A stretch of 64,000 nucleotides of DNA from Carcharhinus longimanus (Eukaryota): NCBI GenBank assembly GCA_030264375.1, contig JASCQW010000032.1, positions 38,339,376 to 38,403,375 on the forward strand, given 5' to 3'. Position 1 is the stretch's first letter, and each line of letters begins with the position of its first letter. The translations under genes and the position numbers were made by a program. Shown here one piece after another: positions 38,420-50,730 of this stretch. Under the pieces are notes generated by a model, which had not been told where the DNA came from, ran no database searches, and saw only the letters and a list, made by a program, of their open reading frames with translations.

Positions 38420-40800
38420 TGAAATAAGTAAAAGCACCCCCTGTGTTTCACAAAATTGATTAAACAAAAGTGGATGCTGAACCAAAGCTGGAGATTTTAG
38501 GAGAATTGAGAAAAAGCTATGTTGAAAAGATGGGGTTTAAGGAGTGTATAAGAGTGGAGAGTTTTGGAAGAAAATTCCAAAACTTGGAACTGAGATGGCT
38601 GAAGGTTCAGCCATCATTGGAGGCGTGAATAAAGGGGAGGTGGCACAAGTGACCAGAGACAGAAGAACAGTTGGGTTCAGGATATGGAATGGCGGTGTGA
38701 GTGTTGCAGAGGATTAAAGAGAAGGGATATAGGTTATGAATAAAATAAATTAAGAGAATGAGAATGTTAAACTGGAGTCTCTGGGAGAACACTACAGGAG
38801 TGACGAGTGAACTGCACTTGTTGTAAGACAAGGTACAAGCAAGGGAGTTTTGAATGAATTGGTTCACAGTGGAGAAAAAGAAAACTTTGAGATAGTTGAG
38901 TCTGAAGGTGACAAAGATATGGAGAAAGATTTCAGCAGAAAATAGGTTAATGCAAGGGCAACTGCAGAGGCAGGCAATATTATGGAGGTTGTAGTAGGTG
39001 ATTTTAGTGTTAGAGAGGATATAGGATTATATGCACAGCTTCTGGTTGAATAATGTGCTGAGGTTATAAACAGATTGGTTCAACTTACGTTAGTGGCTGG
39101 CATGAGAAGTGTAATCAGTGGCATGGATAGAGAGCTATGACTTAGGTTGAAGATGATGGTTTCAGTATTACTAATTTTTAACAGGAGAGATTGTAGCTCA
39201 GCCAAGGCTGGCTATTGAAGAAACAGTTTGGCAGCAGAAATGCAATTCAGTGGTTAAGAAAAGTGATTGAAAGTTAGAGCTGGGTATCATTAATGTGCAT
39301 ATAGATGCTGTGTCATGTCTTCAGATGATGTTGCCAGGGGAAAGAGCAAATGGGAGAACAGAACCGATCATGGATTGATGCTTTTGTGACTCAGGCAATG
39401 TGTGGGGCCAGGAAGCGAAGCCTTTGCTGGAGGAGGTTAAATAGATAGGAATGGACTCAAATGAAGGCAGATCCACTGAACTAGCCAAATGATTGGAAGC
39501 ATTGGAGGAAAATAGGTATGGTCAACTATGTTAAAGCCAGCAGAGAGGTCAAGGAACACTGGAACATGGTTCCAGAGCATGGTCGGAGAGAATGTCATTT
39601 GTGGCTTTAGAGCTGTTATAGTGTTCTAGCCGGAGACAGGAACTTGACTCAAACATGGATTAGTAGGAGAAATAGATGCCAATTTAAGAGGTGAGAGCAC
39701 CTTCAATACTTTGGAAGGAAAATAAATATTGTAGAATCAGTAGTTTGCATGGACAAATTAATTCAAACTGGATTTTTGATGTGTGAGTGGGGATAATGAT
39801 GGTAATTTTTAAAAGTATGATAGTAATTGATGGAAGTGAATTGGTGTCATGAATGGGTTAAGCTCAGTGAGCGGGAGAAATAATATAGATGAGAAATAAA
39901 AAAGAATAGCTGCTCAGATTTAGGGTGGGGGAACCATATGTTACTTAGTTACCTAGGCAATGAAAAGAGAGGGAAGCAACAGGTGAAATTGAGCAAATGG
40001 TCTCAATCTCAATAGCAAAGAAGTTCATGATCTCTTCATACCTTTTGTAGATAATATTGATGGGAGTGGGAGGAGAGGTTTAAGGTTACCTTTGTTCCCG
40101 GGATGTATATTTTTGACACAGGAGAGTGAGGCCCAGTATCATTTGTTGTGGTTGTGCAACATCCACCGATCAATGGCTAAAGCAGATGTGTGCCAGATAT
40201 GCTCAAGCCCTTTGGAATCAAGAAAATAAAACTGACGCCTTGTCAAGGAGGATGATCAAGATAGAGTGAATTTGTTTGGCCAGGCCAGCATTTATTGCCC
40301 ATGAAGGAAGATATTTTGGTAAGAAGCTAGAGGTGGGTCTTAGGTAGGAGGTAGAAAACCCACACTTTAAAAGAGGAAAGGGGTTTGGAAAAAGTTGAGG
40401 TGGGAAAAGGGGAAGATACTATGAGATAACAGATCAAAGTGCGATTGGAGAATGTGGACAGTGTGGGGTGGTTGGTGGTAGAGCTTATATCTATGCAAAG
40501 GATGGTGTTACCATCTGAAACCCAAGTTTCTGTCATTGGCAGGTTGTCAATATTATCAGTTGCAAGTTTATGGATAGCAAGGACCTTTTCACAAGTGAAT
40601 GGATATTCTGATGGGTTATTCAACAAGCTGCTGTGATTGTTGACCATCTGTGACTGGGGGCATTGGTGGGTGGAGTGAGCGGGAAGGGAAGGACGTTGGC
40701 AAAATTATTTCTGAGTATTGAGAGAGCAATGGGAAAAGGTGATGAAACAGTTGTAATTGTTGCTTATAATGAGCCAGAGTTCAGTGCCTAAGCAACCATA
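38420..40800 (-). mobile_element. decayed L2-type LINE (RT region)
   Basis: Minus-strand relics TKITYYNLHNIA (~38975-39015) and YMHINDTQL (YADD-like, ~39280-39305); boundaries approximate. Confidence 0.65.
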
Positions 40801-41832
40801 TAATATTAGTGTTGGAAAAAAACCAGAGCAGAGATTAAAATGTTGTTAATTGGTTCATTCATTTTGGTGCAAGGACTTGGGAGAATAATGAGAGGCATTG
40901 AATCAGATGCTCATTTAACTTGTGCTCCAATTGCCTTGGGTGAGATACATGTTAAACTCCTATCCACTAATACCTGTTTAGCCCTCTTGGCTGACTTTCA
41001 AGCAGAGGTTGTAAAATGGAAACGTGAGTTAGTTCCAGTCCTTGACCCTGCGTGGCACACACCTATGGAGATGTTCAATGCTCGAGCCAGTTGAAGGGCA
41101 AACAGTGGGCTCACCATCTAATGAAGGATGGCAGACCTGCATCCAGTGAGGGAAGGCAGACCTGCTNNNNNNNNNNNNNNNNNNNNNNNNNNNNNNNNNN
41201 NNNCTCAATGATTGGTTGCTCCATCAGTTGAGGCAGGAGCTGCTAATCTGAAGATGGCAACAAGTTTATTGGTCTGGTGTGTGGGGGCTTCACTGCATGA
41301 TCCATGAGTAAGCCCCATGATTAACAATAATTGAGCAGCTGGCAGCGATATGTTCCTCAGACTGCAACATTCAAAATGGCTCTGGGTCAGACTCGTGGCA
41401 ACGGTCAGTGGCACCAAACGGCATGCCTGTCTGCCTCCAATCTGCACCCCAAACTGATTTCAAAATCCCTCTCCTGTCAAAGTTGAATTTCAGTCCACTT
41501 TTTCCAATGAGAAACAGTAGCTGGAAAATCTTAATTGTTTCAAACAGCTGTTCAGGAAGTGGAATACTTGGATGTGGTCAATTAAAATTAAGTGTGCAGT
41601 TTTAACGTTCTGTTCTTTAGCAAATGGAATCAATCCCAGGAAGTAGCTTTTTTGTACATTTATTTAAAACTCCTTCAATTCTTTCTCTCTCTCAGATTTT
41701 TTTAAAATGAAAGTCTTGCTATTTTGTAGTGCTATGAAGAAATAATAAATTGCTATTCAACAGTCAACTAAAAAATTAGTTTATTGGAAATGAAAAGCTA
41801 ATGTTTGGCCTTCTTTTCTGTCATTACTTCAG

Positions 41833-42117
41833 TTTCCGAGCCTCCTTCCTTCAAGGTGGAGCTGGAACCTTGTGCTGTGAAAGCTGGAGAACCTGCTCGA
41901 TTCTGTGGTGTAATAGTTGGCACACCAAAATTAGAAGTATCTTGGTTCAAAGATGGCCAAAAGCTTTCCTCAGGATTTAAGCGCAAGTTACTTCATGACG
42001 AGAACCAGTACACTTTGTTACTGATTGAAGCACTCCCTGAAGATGCTGGCACCTACACTTGTGAAGCAAAAAATGAAATTGGGGTAGCTGTTAGTAGTGC
42101 TTCACTTGATGTTGAAG
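41833..42117 (+). CDS. ttn: titin exon 42, Ig I14
   Basis: SEPPSFKVELEPCAVKAGEPARFC...LLLIEALPEDAGTYTC. Confidence 0.96.
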
Positions 42118-42548
42118 GTACAACTGATTGAATTGATTTATTTGCATGTTCAGTGTTTTGATATGTACAAGCTTTGTGTAATAGAGACTGTCTGCTGTTA
42201 GTTATACACAGGTATGGGGGAAATAAAATTACTCTTTGGTGATGGTGTGATATGAGCAATAGCAAATCGCCAGCCTGTTTTGAAAGCAATGGAAAAGAAA
42301 ATTAGATATTGTGTTAAATGTACCCTTGGTGTATTTTTTGTTATTGCTCATTTTGTCCTATCGTTTCTATAAATAACAGTTGACTTGAGGTTCTGTGCAA
42401 TTTAATCAGCGACGAGCGATCTGTTAAAATCTTCAAACTTATGTTGGTGCAGCCATGGATTTTCCTTTACTTTGCATAGTTTTCAAATCATCATTCTGAT
42501 AAGCTAAGATGTGCACACAACATTTTATGAATTATTTATTATTTACAG

Positions 42549-42674
42549 TTCCAGAAGTTGTCTCTCCTGAGGTAGAAGTACCTGTTTATCCACCGACCAT
42601 CATAAGTCCAATACAGGACACTTCAACCACTGAAGGAAAATCTGCTCAATTTCAGTGCCGCGTCACTGGAACAG
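42549..42674 (+). CDS. ttn: titin exon 43, Ig I15 N-part
   Basis: PEVVSPEVEVPVYPPTIISPIQDTSTTEGKSAQFQCRVTGT. Confidence 0.95.
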
Positions 42675-42929
42675 GTATGTTCAATATTTGTGTTTCAGTT
42701 TCATTTTTCTTATTCCAGTTTCCAGCTTCCACCCCTGAAAAGTTGACTTTTGCTAAGGTTCCAAATTTACACACAACATTCTTATACTTTAGCCATTCTC
42801 TTTATTTATGAACCCAGCCACCTCACCATAGATGGCATCGCAATGAGCTCCCTGTGCCACCCGTCATTTGTACAACGGAAACATTTTTTTTTCAAAATTA
42901 TAACTCAAAGTGGAAAAAGTTAAGGGATA

Positions 42930-43470
42930 ATATCCTGTACCCTAGGCTCCTAAAAGAGTTACCTGCGGAGATTTGCTGTTATGATTTTGCAAAGTCCCCT
43001 AGGTCCCAGTCAACTCGAAGTTGACAAATGTAATTCCATTATTCAGGGAAGGAAGGGGAGAAATTAAGGAACTACAGGCCAGTTGGCTTGACATCTGTTG
43101 TTGGAAAAATACTGGAATCTATTATTAAGGAAGTCTTAACGATGACCAGAGAAAGTCATTAAAGTTTTGCAAAATTGTGCTTGGAATTTTTTTGAGGAGA
43201 GCATAGATAACAGGAAACCCAGCTGATGTAATATAGTTGGATTTCCAAAAAGCATTTGGTAACGTGCCGTGCAAAGGTTTAAGGTACAAGCTAAAGATTC
43301 TTAGAATTGAGGGTAATATGTTAGAATAGTTAGAGGATAGGTTGGTGGACAACAAGCAGAGAGTAGGGTTAAAGGGGACATTTTCAAGTTGACAGGCTGT
43401 GACTAGTGGAGTACCGCTAGGGCTGGGGCTCAACTATTTACAATCTATATTAATGAATTATACAAATAGA
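42930..43470 (+). mobile_element. decayed CR1 reverse transcriptase fragment
   Basis: NYRPVGLTSVVGKILESI, LDFQKAFGNVP, VTSGVPLG. Confidence 0.85.
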
Positions 43471-44421
43471 CCAAGGGCACGATTTTACCAACTATTCGTG
43501 CCACACTCCTGCTGTAGCGAGGTCAGAGAATTTGGCACCCAGCCAAATCTCTGTTCGTGGCAGCGGGATGGGAAAATCCCACCAGCGTGAACAATGGTAA
43601 TGTTCCGGCCCAAGAATAATAAACCTAAGATAAAAGCAAATCGCATGTGAGGACCCGACGTGTTGGACCCTGCGAGTTGAGGAAACACAACCAACCCCTC
43701 AACAATGAGAGCCATCCAACCCCCCACATCATGCGGACATGAGGTTTATCTGACAGGACTTGCCACTCAGGCCCCCTTTGCCCCTGAATTCCCCAATCAG
43801 GCCCCCTTCCCACTCAGAACCCCCTCAGACCGCCCACTCTGGCACTTTTCCCACAGGCCCCCCGCGGCGGCCCCCCGGCCCCCCGCNNNNNNNNNNNNNN
43901 NNNNNNNNNNNNNNNNNNNNNNNNNNNNNNNNNNNNNNNNNNNNNNNNNNNNNNNNNNNNNNNNNNNNNNNNNNNNNNNNNNNNNNCACTCTGGCACTTT
44001 TCCCACAGGCCCCCCGCTGAGGCCCCCCTTCACCCCTCAGAATGCCACACAGCCTCCCTTCCCCTTGGACTCCCCAAACTGCCACCATTCACCTTTAGAC
44101 CCATCCCACTCAGTAACTAACACCCCCCCCACCCCACCTCACTGGTCCCCTTCCTCTTCAGACCAACCACTCAGCCTCCCTTCAGGCCATGCATCTTGGC
44201 AATGCCAACAGTGTACTGTCCCCTGGCATCCTAATGCTGACACATTGGCCTGGTGCCAAGGGCCCTGAAGGGGCTCAAGGAGGTAAGTCCAGTGACCATT
44301 TGTTCCTCAGAGGCTGACAGGCTGCAAAAGACTGATCCCTCAAGGGTCCTGGAAGTTGGGTGGGCTCAGGCTGAGGTAAAATAGTTGACCTTGCCACTCT
44401 CTGCTAGAATGGGGATGTTGT

Positions 44422-45606
44422 GGCTGGTCTGCCCTGCTAACCCTGGCAGACCTGAATATTGCCCTGGCATGGTGATTTCAGTCAGCCCTATGATCAAGAC
44501 CTGGGTTCCTGTCTGTCAGCTGTGAAAATTCTGAAGTGGCCAGTTCGCTTTCATCTCCATGTCTCCCCCGGTCACCTGGCAGGATTTTAAGTCGTTACAG
44601 CATTTTATTTGGCAGCCGAGATTTTCCTTTCACTCTGACCAAAGCTACAGGTGTGAAGTCCTCTGACAGAAAGGAAATGTCAATTTCATCTTGGGCGTGC
44701 GGAGGCTCCATTCTGCACAGTCATGCATTCAGCCCCAATGTGTGCACGCAGTTTTGACTTTCTGAGGTTTCCTAGCAAGCTGAAATATTGAAACCTATCC
44801 ATTGCACTTGAAGCCTTTGACCTGCAACAAATTCACTCTGCAGTGCCTCATAAAAGACTCAGCTGCCAACTCAGTGGACTTCTTTCTCCCTCCAACCACC
44901 TGTGTTTATTTTTATTTGCCTTCACGGTTGAACACCTCAAGTACCTCATTAATCCTGACCACAATGTTGACAGAATCTAAGTCTGATTGACTATTTGTAG
45001 TTTAGCTTCCTCTTTTACAAACCACTTTAAAGAGGAAGTTAGACTACAAACTGTAAATCTGGCTTAGTCTCTGCCAACATTGTGGTCAGGATCAGTGAGG
45101 TGCATTCAACAAACTCAGGTGGCTGAAGATGATCGAGACCCATTGAGCTGGCAGTTGAATCTTTTACTAGGCACTGCCTATTGAATTTATTGCAGATCAA
45201 GACTTCAAGTGCCATCGAGAAGGTTTCAACAATTTCAGCTTATTGGGAAGTGTCAGCAACTTCAAGTTGAAGCTCTGTGCATACATTAGGGCTTAATGCA
45301 TATGGTGCAGACTGGACCCCCCTGCCCCAGGTGAAATTGACATCTCCTATCAGGGAACTTCAAACGGGTCTACTCTCACCTGCAGCTTCTGACAGAGAGA
45401 AAGGAAAATCTCAGCTGCAGAATGGAATGCTGCAATGACTTAAAATCCTTAGGTTACCAGGCAGTATGGAGGTTAAAGTGACATGGCCACTTCAAAGTTT
45501 GCACAGCTGACAACCAGAAATGCAAATATTGATCACAGGGTTGCCTAAAATCATCATGCTAGGGGTGATCTTCATGTCTGCCAAGGTCAGAAGGGAAAGT
45601 CCAGCC
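44422..45606. repeat. ~1.2 kb imperfect inverted repeat (foldback/MITE-like) centred at ~45022
   Basis: Inner arms 44994-45015 / 45029-45050; complementarity traceable for ~590 nt each side. Confidence 0.9.
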
Positions 45607-47159
45607 AAGACCACCACCACCCCCCCCCCCATGCTGATGGAGAGTGGCGAGATCAACCATTTGCACTCAGCTCTAATTAACCTAAACTCTAGGACCCTTG
45701 AGCGATCTATCCTCTGCAATCCTCTGCAGCCTAGCAGTAGCAGAGTGGCAAATGGCCTCCTCGAGCCCCTTACAGCCTAAAGCACCAGATCAGAGTGCCA
45801 GGGAACAGTTCATTGTGGCACTTCCAAGGTGCATAGCCTGAAGGAAGACTGAGTGGTGGGGCGGGGTGGGGGGGGGGGGGGTGGGTGGNNNNNNNNNNNN
45901 NNNNNNNNNNNNNNNNNNNNNNNNNNNNNNNNNNNNNNNNNNNNNNNNNNNNNNNNNNNNNNNNNNNNNNNNNNNNNNNNNNNNNNNNNNNNNNNNNNNN
46001 NNNNNNNNNNNNNNNNNNNNNNNNNNNNNNNNNNNNNNNNNNNNNNNNNNNNNNNNNNNNNNNNNNNNNNNNNNNNNNNNNNNNNNNNNNNNNNNNNNNN
46101 NNNNNNNNNNNNNNNNNNNNNNNNNNNNNNNNNNNNNNNNNNNNNNNNNNNNNNNNNNNNNNNNNNNNNNNNNNNNNNNNNNNNNNNNNNNNNNNNNNNN
46201 NNNNNNNNNNNNNNNNNNNNNNNNNNNNNNNNNNNNNNNNNNNNNNNNNNNNNNNNNNNNNNNNNNNNNNNNNNNNNNNNNNNNNNNNNNNNNNNNNNNN
46301 NNNNNNNNNNNNNNNNNNNNNNNNNNNNNNNNNNNNNNNNNNNNNNNNNNNNNNNNNNNNNNNNNNNNNNNNNNNNNNNNNNNNNNNNNNNNNNNNNNNN
46401 NNNNNNNNNNNNNNNNNNNNNNNNNNNNNNNNNNNNNNNNNNNNNNNNNNNNNNNNNNNNNNNNNNNNNNNNNNNNNNNNNNNNNNNNNNNNNNNNNNNN
46501 NNCTCAGGATAGAAAATGTAACAAAATGGTGACTTTGAAAATCGAAACACCAGGTTTTACACCAAATGCTATTGGGAAATTTAAGTCTCTGACATTTTAA
46601 TAAAATTTATATTCCTGTGCCCTTTTTAAGTGGAAATACCATGGAACCCTAATAATCTAAGTGTAGATATAACAAAGTCTTGTATATCCCAAGTTAGTGT
46701 CTGAACTCCCTCTTTGCTATCTCTCTAACCGTCTCTAACTGGTTGCATACTTTTAAGGAGTTTTCAACAAGTACTGTTGGGCCTTTTCTCTCAGCTTGAA
46801 ATTTATTAATTAAATTTGATCATTCTACATTCATTGCAGAAGAACTTTCATTTTATAGATTTAAAATACATATTAGTACATTGTATTTGCGACTGAGATA
46901 AAGTTAGCAGTCTTTCACTTGTGTGAAGGTATTTTGGCAAAATGGTTGTTGGAAATATCAAACCTTTTCTTGTTGGACATAATACTGAAACAGTTCTATC
47001 CTTAATCTGGCTCTGACTGACATTAAAGCTAGCATTATATTGCTTCCAAAAATCCAACCCTTGTATGTGCCTGCTTCTACCTCTCTTTACTCTTCAAGAC
47101 ACTCTATGAAACCTATCACATTGATCAAGCTTTTGGTTATCTGCTTTGATACTTCTTTA

Positions 47160-48600
47160 CCCTAGAATGGTCACAACACAGAAAGATGTTATTCAGTGCA
47201 TTGTATCCTCACTGCTTTTCTACAAGAGCAACTCCACCATTCCAGTCCCTGCGTTTTTGCTGTAGTTTGGTAATTTTGTTCTTTTCAGTTAATTATCCAA
47301 TCCCTTTTCAAAGCCATGATCCGCCTCTAAGGGAATGGATTCATTGCGTGGGGAAAAAAAAACTTTCCTTCATGTCACCTTTGCTTCTTCTTTCATTCAT
47401 CTTAAATCATTGTTTTGTGGTTCTTGATCCTACCACTAAGGAAACAGTTTCTTCTTACCCACTATGTGCAGTCCCCTCATGATTTTAAACAGCTCTGTCA
47501 AATCTCCGCTAAACCGTGCCTTCTTGAAAGAGAGCAGCAAGTCCCTGAACCCTGGAAACACTCTGTGCAAATCTTTTCCTGTGCCCTTTCTAAGGCATTC
47601 ACATTCTTAAGTGTAGTGCCCAGAAATGGACACAAATCTCAAACTGAGCTTGAATCAGCATTGAAAAATATTCACCATAAGTTTCTTGCTTTTGCACTCC
47701 ATGCCTCTATTTATAAACATAATTCCAAATATCTTATTAACAGCATTCTCAACCTGCCCTATCATCTTCAACACCTATATCCAGGTGTCTCTTTTCCTGC
47801 ACTCACATTTGTAGTGTACTCTTTATTTTATATTACCTTTCCTTATTCTTCCTACTAAAATGTATCACTTCATACTTCCCTGCAATAAATTTAATCTGCC
47901 ATCTGCCTGTTTTACCATGTCCTCCTGAAGTCTATCACTATCCCCCTCATGGTTCGCAATATTCCCAATTTTGTATCATTTATAAATTTTGAAATATTGC
48001 CCCTCACACCCAAGCCAAGTTCATCAATATAGATCAAGAAAGCAATGGTCGTAATACTGATCCTTGGGGAAGCCCAGTATATACTTTCTTTCAATCTGAA
48101 AAAACAATTGTTGCCACTGCTGTTGTTTCCTGTCACTCACTGAACTTCAAATTCATGCTGTCACTGTTCCTTTTATTCTCCGGACTTTAACTTTGCCAAC
48201 AACTCATCTATGTGGCACTTTATCAATCGCCTTTTGAAAGTCCATGTACATCACATCAACCCCATTACCCAATCGACTCTTTCTGTTACACCATCAAACA
48301 TCTCAAATCAAGCTAGTTCAATACATTTAATCTTGAACAAATCCATACTTGTTTTTCTTTAATCCAAGTGATAATTAATTTTGTCCCAGGTTATTGTCTC
48401 CAAAACCTTCCCCACCATCAAAGTTAAACTAACTGGCCTGTATTTGCTGGACTATCTTTAAACTCTTTTTAAATCCTGAGTGCAACATTTGCAATTTTGC
48501 AATCCTCTGGCACCTATTTCTAAAGCGGATGGGAAGATTATGACCAATGCCTCCATGATTGCCACGCTTACTTCACTCAGTATCGTCAGATGCATTTGAT
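47160..48600 (-). mobile_element. decayed CR1-type LINE 3' half
   Basis: FLIYIDELGLGVRGNISKFINDTKLG (FADD-like), DFQKAIDKVPH on minus strand. Confidence 0.85.
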
Positions 48601-49280
48601 GGAGTCGTAGTGACTTGTATAGCACAAGGTCAAATCTTATTTACTGTTGCTCATGTGCAGCACCGTGGGAAGTTTTACCACACGAATGATACTATATAAG
48701 TATCAGGGCTGCAGAGTTTGGTTATGTAGTACTAGTGATTTTGGAACTCTGAATTCTAGTTTTATTAGCAAATTACATCCATGGCATTTCTGCACACAGC
48801 CGGTGTGATGTGTGTGAAATTCCAATTTGTTAAGTACAATAGGGAGTGTAAGTAAGATAGAAATATGCAGACTAGACAGATTATGATGTTGGCCAGCATC
48901 TGACACCGATTTAGCAATAGATGTGCCATTTTAGACCTTGCTATTCTTATTAATGCCCTCTTTGAAACACACCGAGATACCCCATCAATGTAATTTATAA
49001 ATCATTAACGTCTTACAGGTCAATTGCTGCTGGCTGATCAAATTTCTGGAAGTGCTAAGTGGTGTTGCACATGGGGCGAATATTACTGTTAACTGCAAGG
49101 GCTCTGAGTACACCACATCATGGGCAATAGTAACAGTTTCCTTGGGTTGGAACATGAAGGGAGATGGTGCAGAAGCAGCAATTGAGAAGACAAGCCATAT
49201 GGAGAGGGAGGAGGGAAGGAAAGAAGCAAGAGGTATTTACACACCTGCAATCCTCCCGAGCCCTCATCCTAACTCTAGTT

Positions 49281-49442
49281 ATGATGTGGAGGTGCCGGCG
49301 TTGGACTGGGGTGGGCACGGTAAGAAGTCTCACAACACCAGTCTATTTCTCCACTCACCTGATGGAGGAGCAGCGCTCTGAAAGCTTGTGATTCCAGATA
49401 AACCTGTTGGACTTTAACCTGGTGTTGTGAGACTTCTTACTG
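49281..49442. mobile_element. Penelope-like short element with 22-bp inverted repeat and flanking direct repeat
   Basis: IR 49320-49341/49419-49440; taactctag(t/c)t on both flanks. Confidence 0.7.
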
Positions 49443-50092
49443 TAACTCTAGCTAAGTCTGGGTCAGGTGTCTACAATTTACCAAGGAGATGGCCAAAGAA
49501 CACTACTTTTTCTTGGGAACAGGGTGAAGACAACGTTGTCAGTGTCTATAATGGTGACTGTGGCACTTAGTTTTTCCACAACCAGCTCTGTCCAAGCTGG
49601 AAAAAAAAATGACATGGCTAACACCTGATTCACCTTCCAGTGATGGATGGGAGAGGTGATGGTACTTCTGTCTGCCAGAAGACGGGACTTCATTGTGTTT
49701 CCCTGAACAGTGAGAAGCAGGAGGAGCATGTATCTTGCTTTGGAAGGAAAGCGGGCTTCTCTTTGGCGCAGGCTGCCATCTGCTGCATACATGTGGCTTT
49801 AGGGACATTATGTTTGGATTTTCATCATCAGGCAGGCAGTGGGAGTTGAAGAAATTCCCGGCTTGGTTCACCTAGGAGAAATTGCCCAAAAAGATGGGTC
49901 TTAATTGTGGAATTGTAACTGTGGTTGAGCTGTAATCAGATCAGCTGACCTGGGAATGTTTGAAGGCAGCCCAGGTGATCCAACAGCCTAATGGATTTTG
50001 AGGTTTTTAACCAAGCATTCATAATAAGGGCTTGGCTGAGAGCCCAGCAATCTTATTAGACTGTTAAAGCACCTGACCTTTCGAAGAAAACA

Positions 50093-50200
50093 TTGCCATG
50101 ATTCATTGAAAACCTGGTCTGACTCCATGAAATTTTGCCACGATTCATTAAAAACCTGGTCTGACTCCATGAAATAGGCATGGTCTGACTCCATGCCTAT
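50093..50200. repeat. 42-bp tandem duplication followed by a 10-bp-stem hairpin
   Basis: ttgcca(t/c)gattcatt(g/a)aaaacctggtctgactccatgaaat x2; ataggcatgg/ccatgcctat. Confidence 0.8.
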
Positions 50201-50499
50201 TCTCACAATGGAATTGGCCAGGTCAGCAGTACAGGAAATAGACTTCGAAACTCTGGGAATGGGGTCAGGAATTCCCGAATCAGGTCTGGCCACCATTTCT
50301 AAAGGACTTCTACATCATCCTGACTGGGTGAAAATCCAGGCCTACATTTCAACTGTGAGCTATTCCAAAACCATAAACTCAGGGGTTGTATGCCATGCTC
50401 AGCACATCATGTCGCTGAATGCCTACTGTCCTGGAAATAGTCATGTCGCATTTATTCTATGCCAGTTGCAACTGTCTTTCAGCCATAAGGTCAAAACAT

Positions 50500-50730
50500 A
50501 GGTGGGCAACATGAGTTACCTACCTTATACCTGGCTAATGAAACCCCTTTACAAACTAACCACATATAGCAAGCATGCTACCGTGGGAAACATCATTGGG
50601 CAGAAGAAGGAGTGCTGGAGCATTGGGTATGCTGTCTAGATTACTGTGAAGGTGCCCCCCACTATTGACCAGAGCGAGTATCCATTTTGTAACGGATGGT
50701 TGCATACCTTATAACTTGGTCATCATGATA
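50500..50730 (+). mobile_element. decayed Harbinger transposase C-terminal fragment; element probably extends to ~52070
   Basis: VGNMSYLPYTWLMKP and CCLDYCEGAPHY*PERVSI...YNLVI resemble HARBI1 GDxGY..WLMTP and CLD.GG.LQY.PE. Confidence 0.65.

Noticed and set aside
45810-46600. ORFs of 215-246 aa (likewise 5065-5661 and 43705-44268)
   Set aside because: Open only because they cross N gaps
50093-50200. CRISPR-like repeated motif
   Set aside because: Eukaryotic intron; 2-3 copies with duplicated rather than unique spacers; no cas genes
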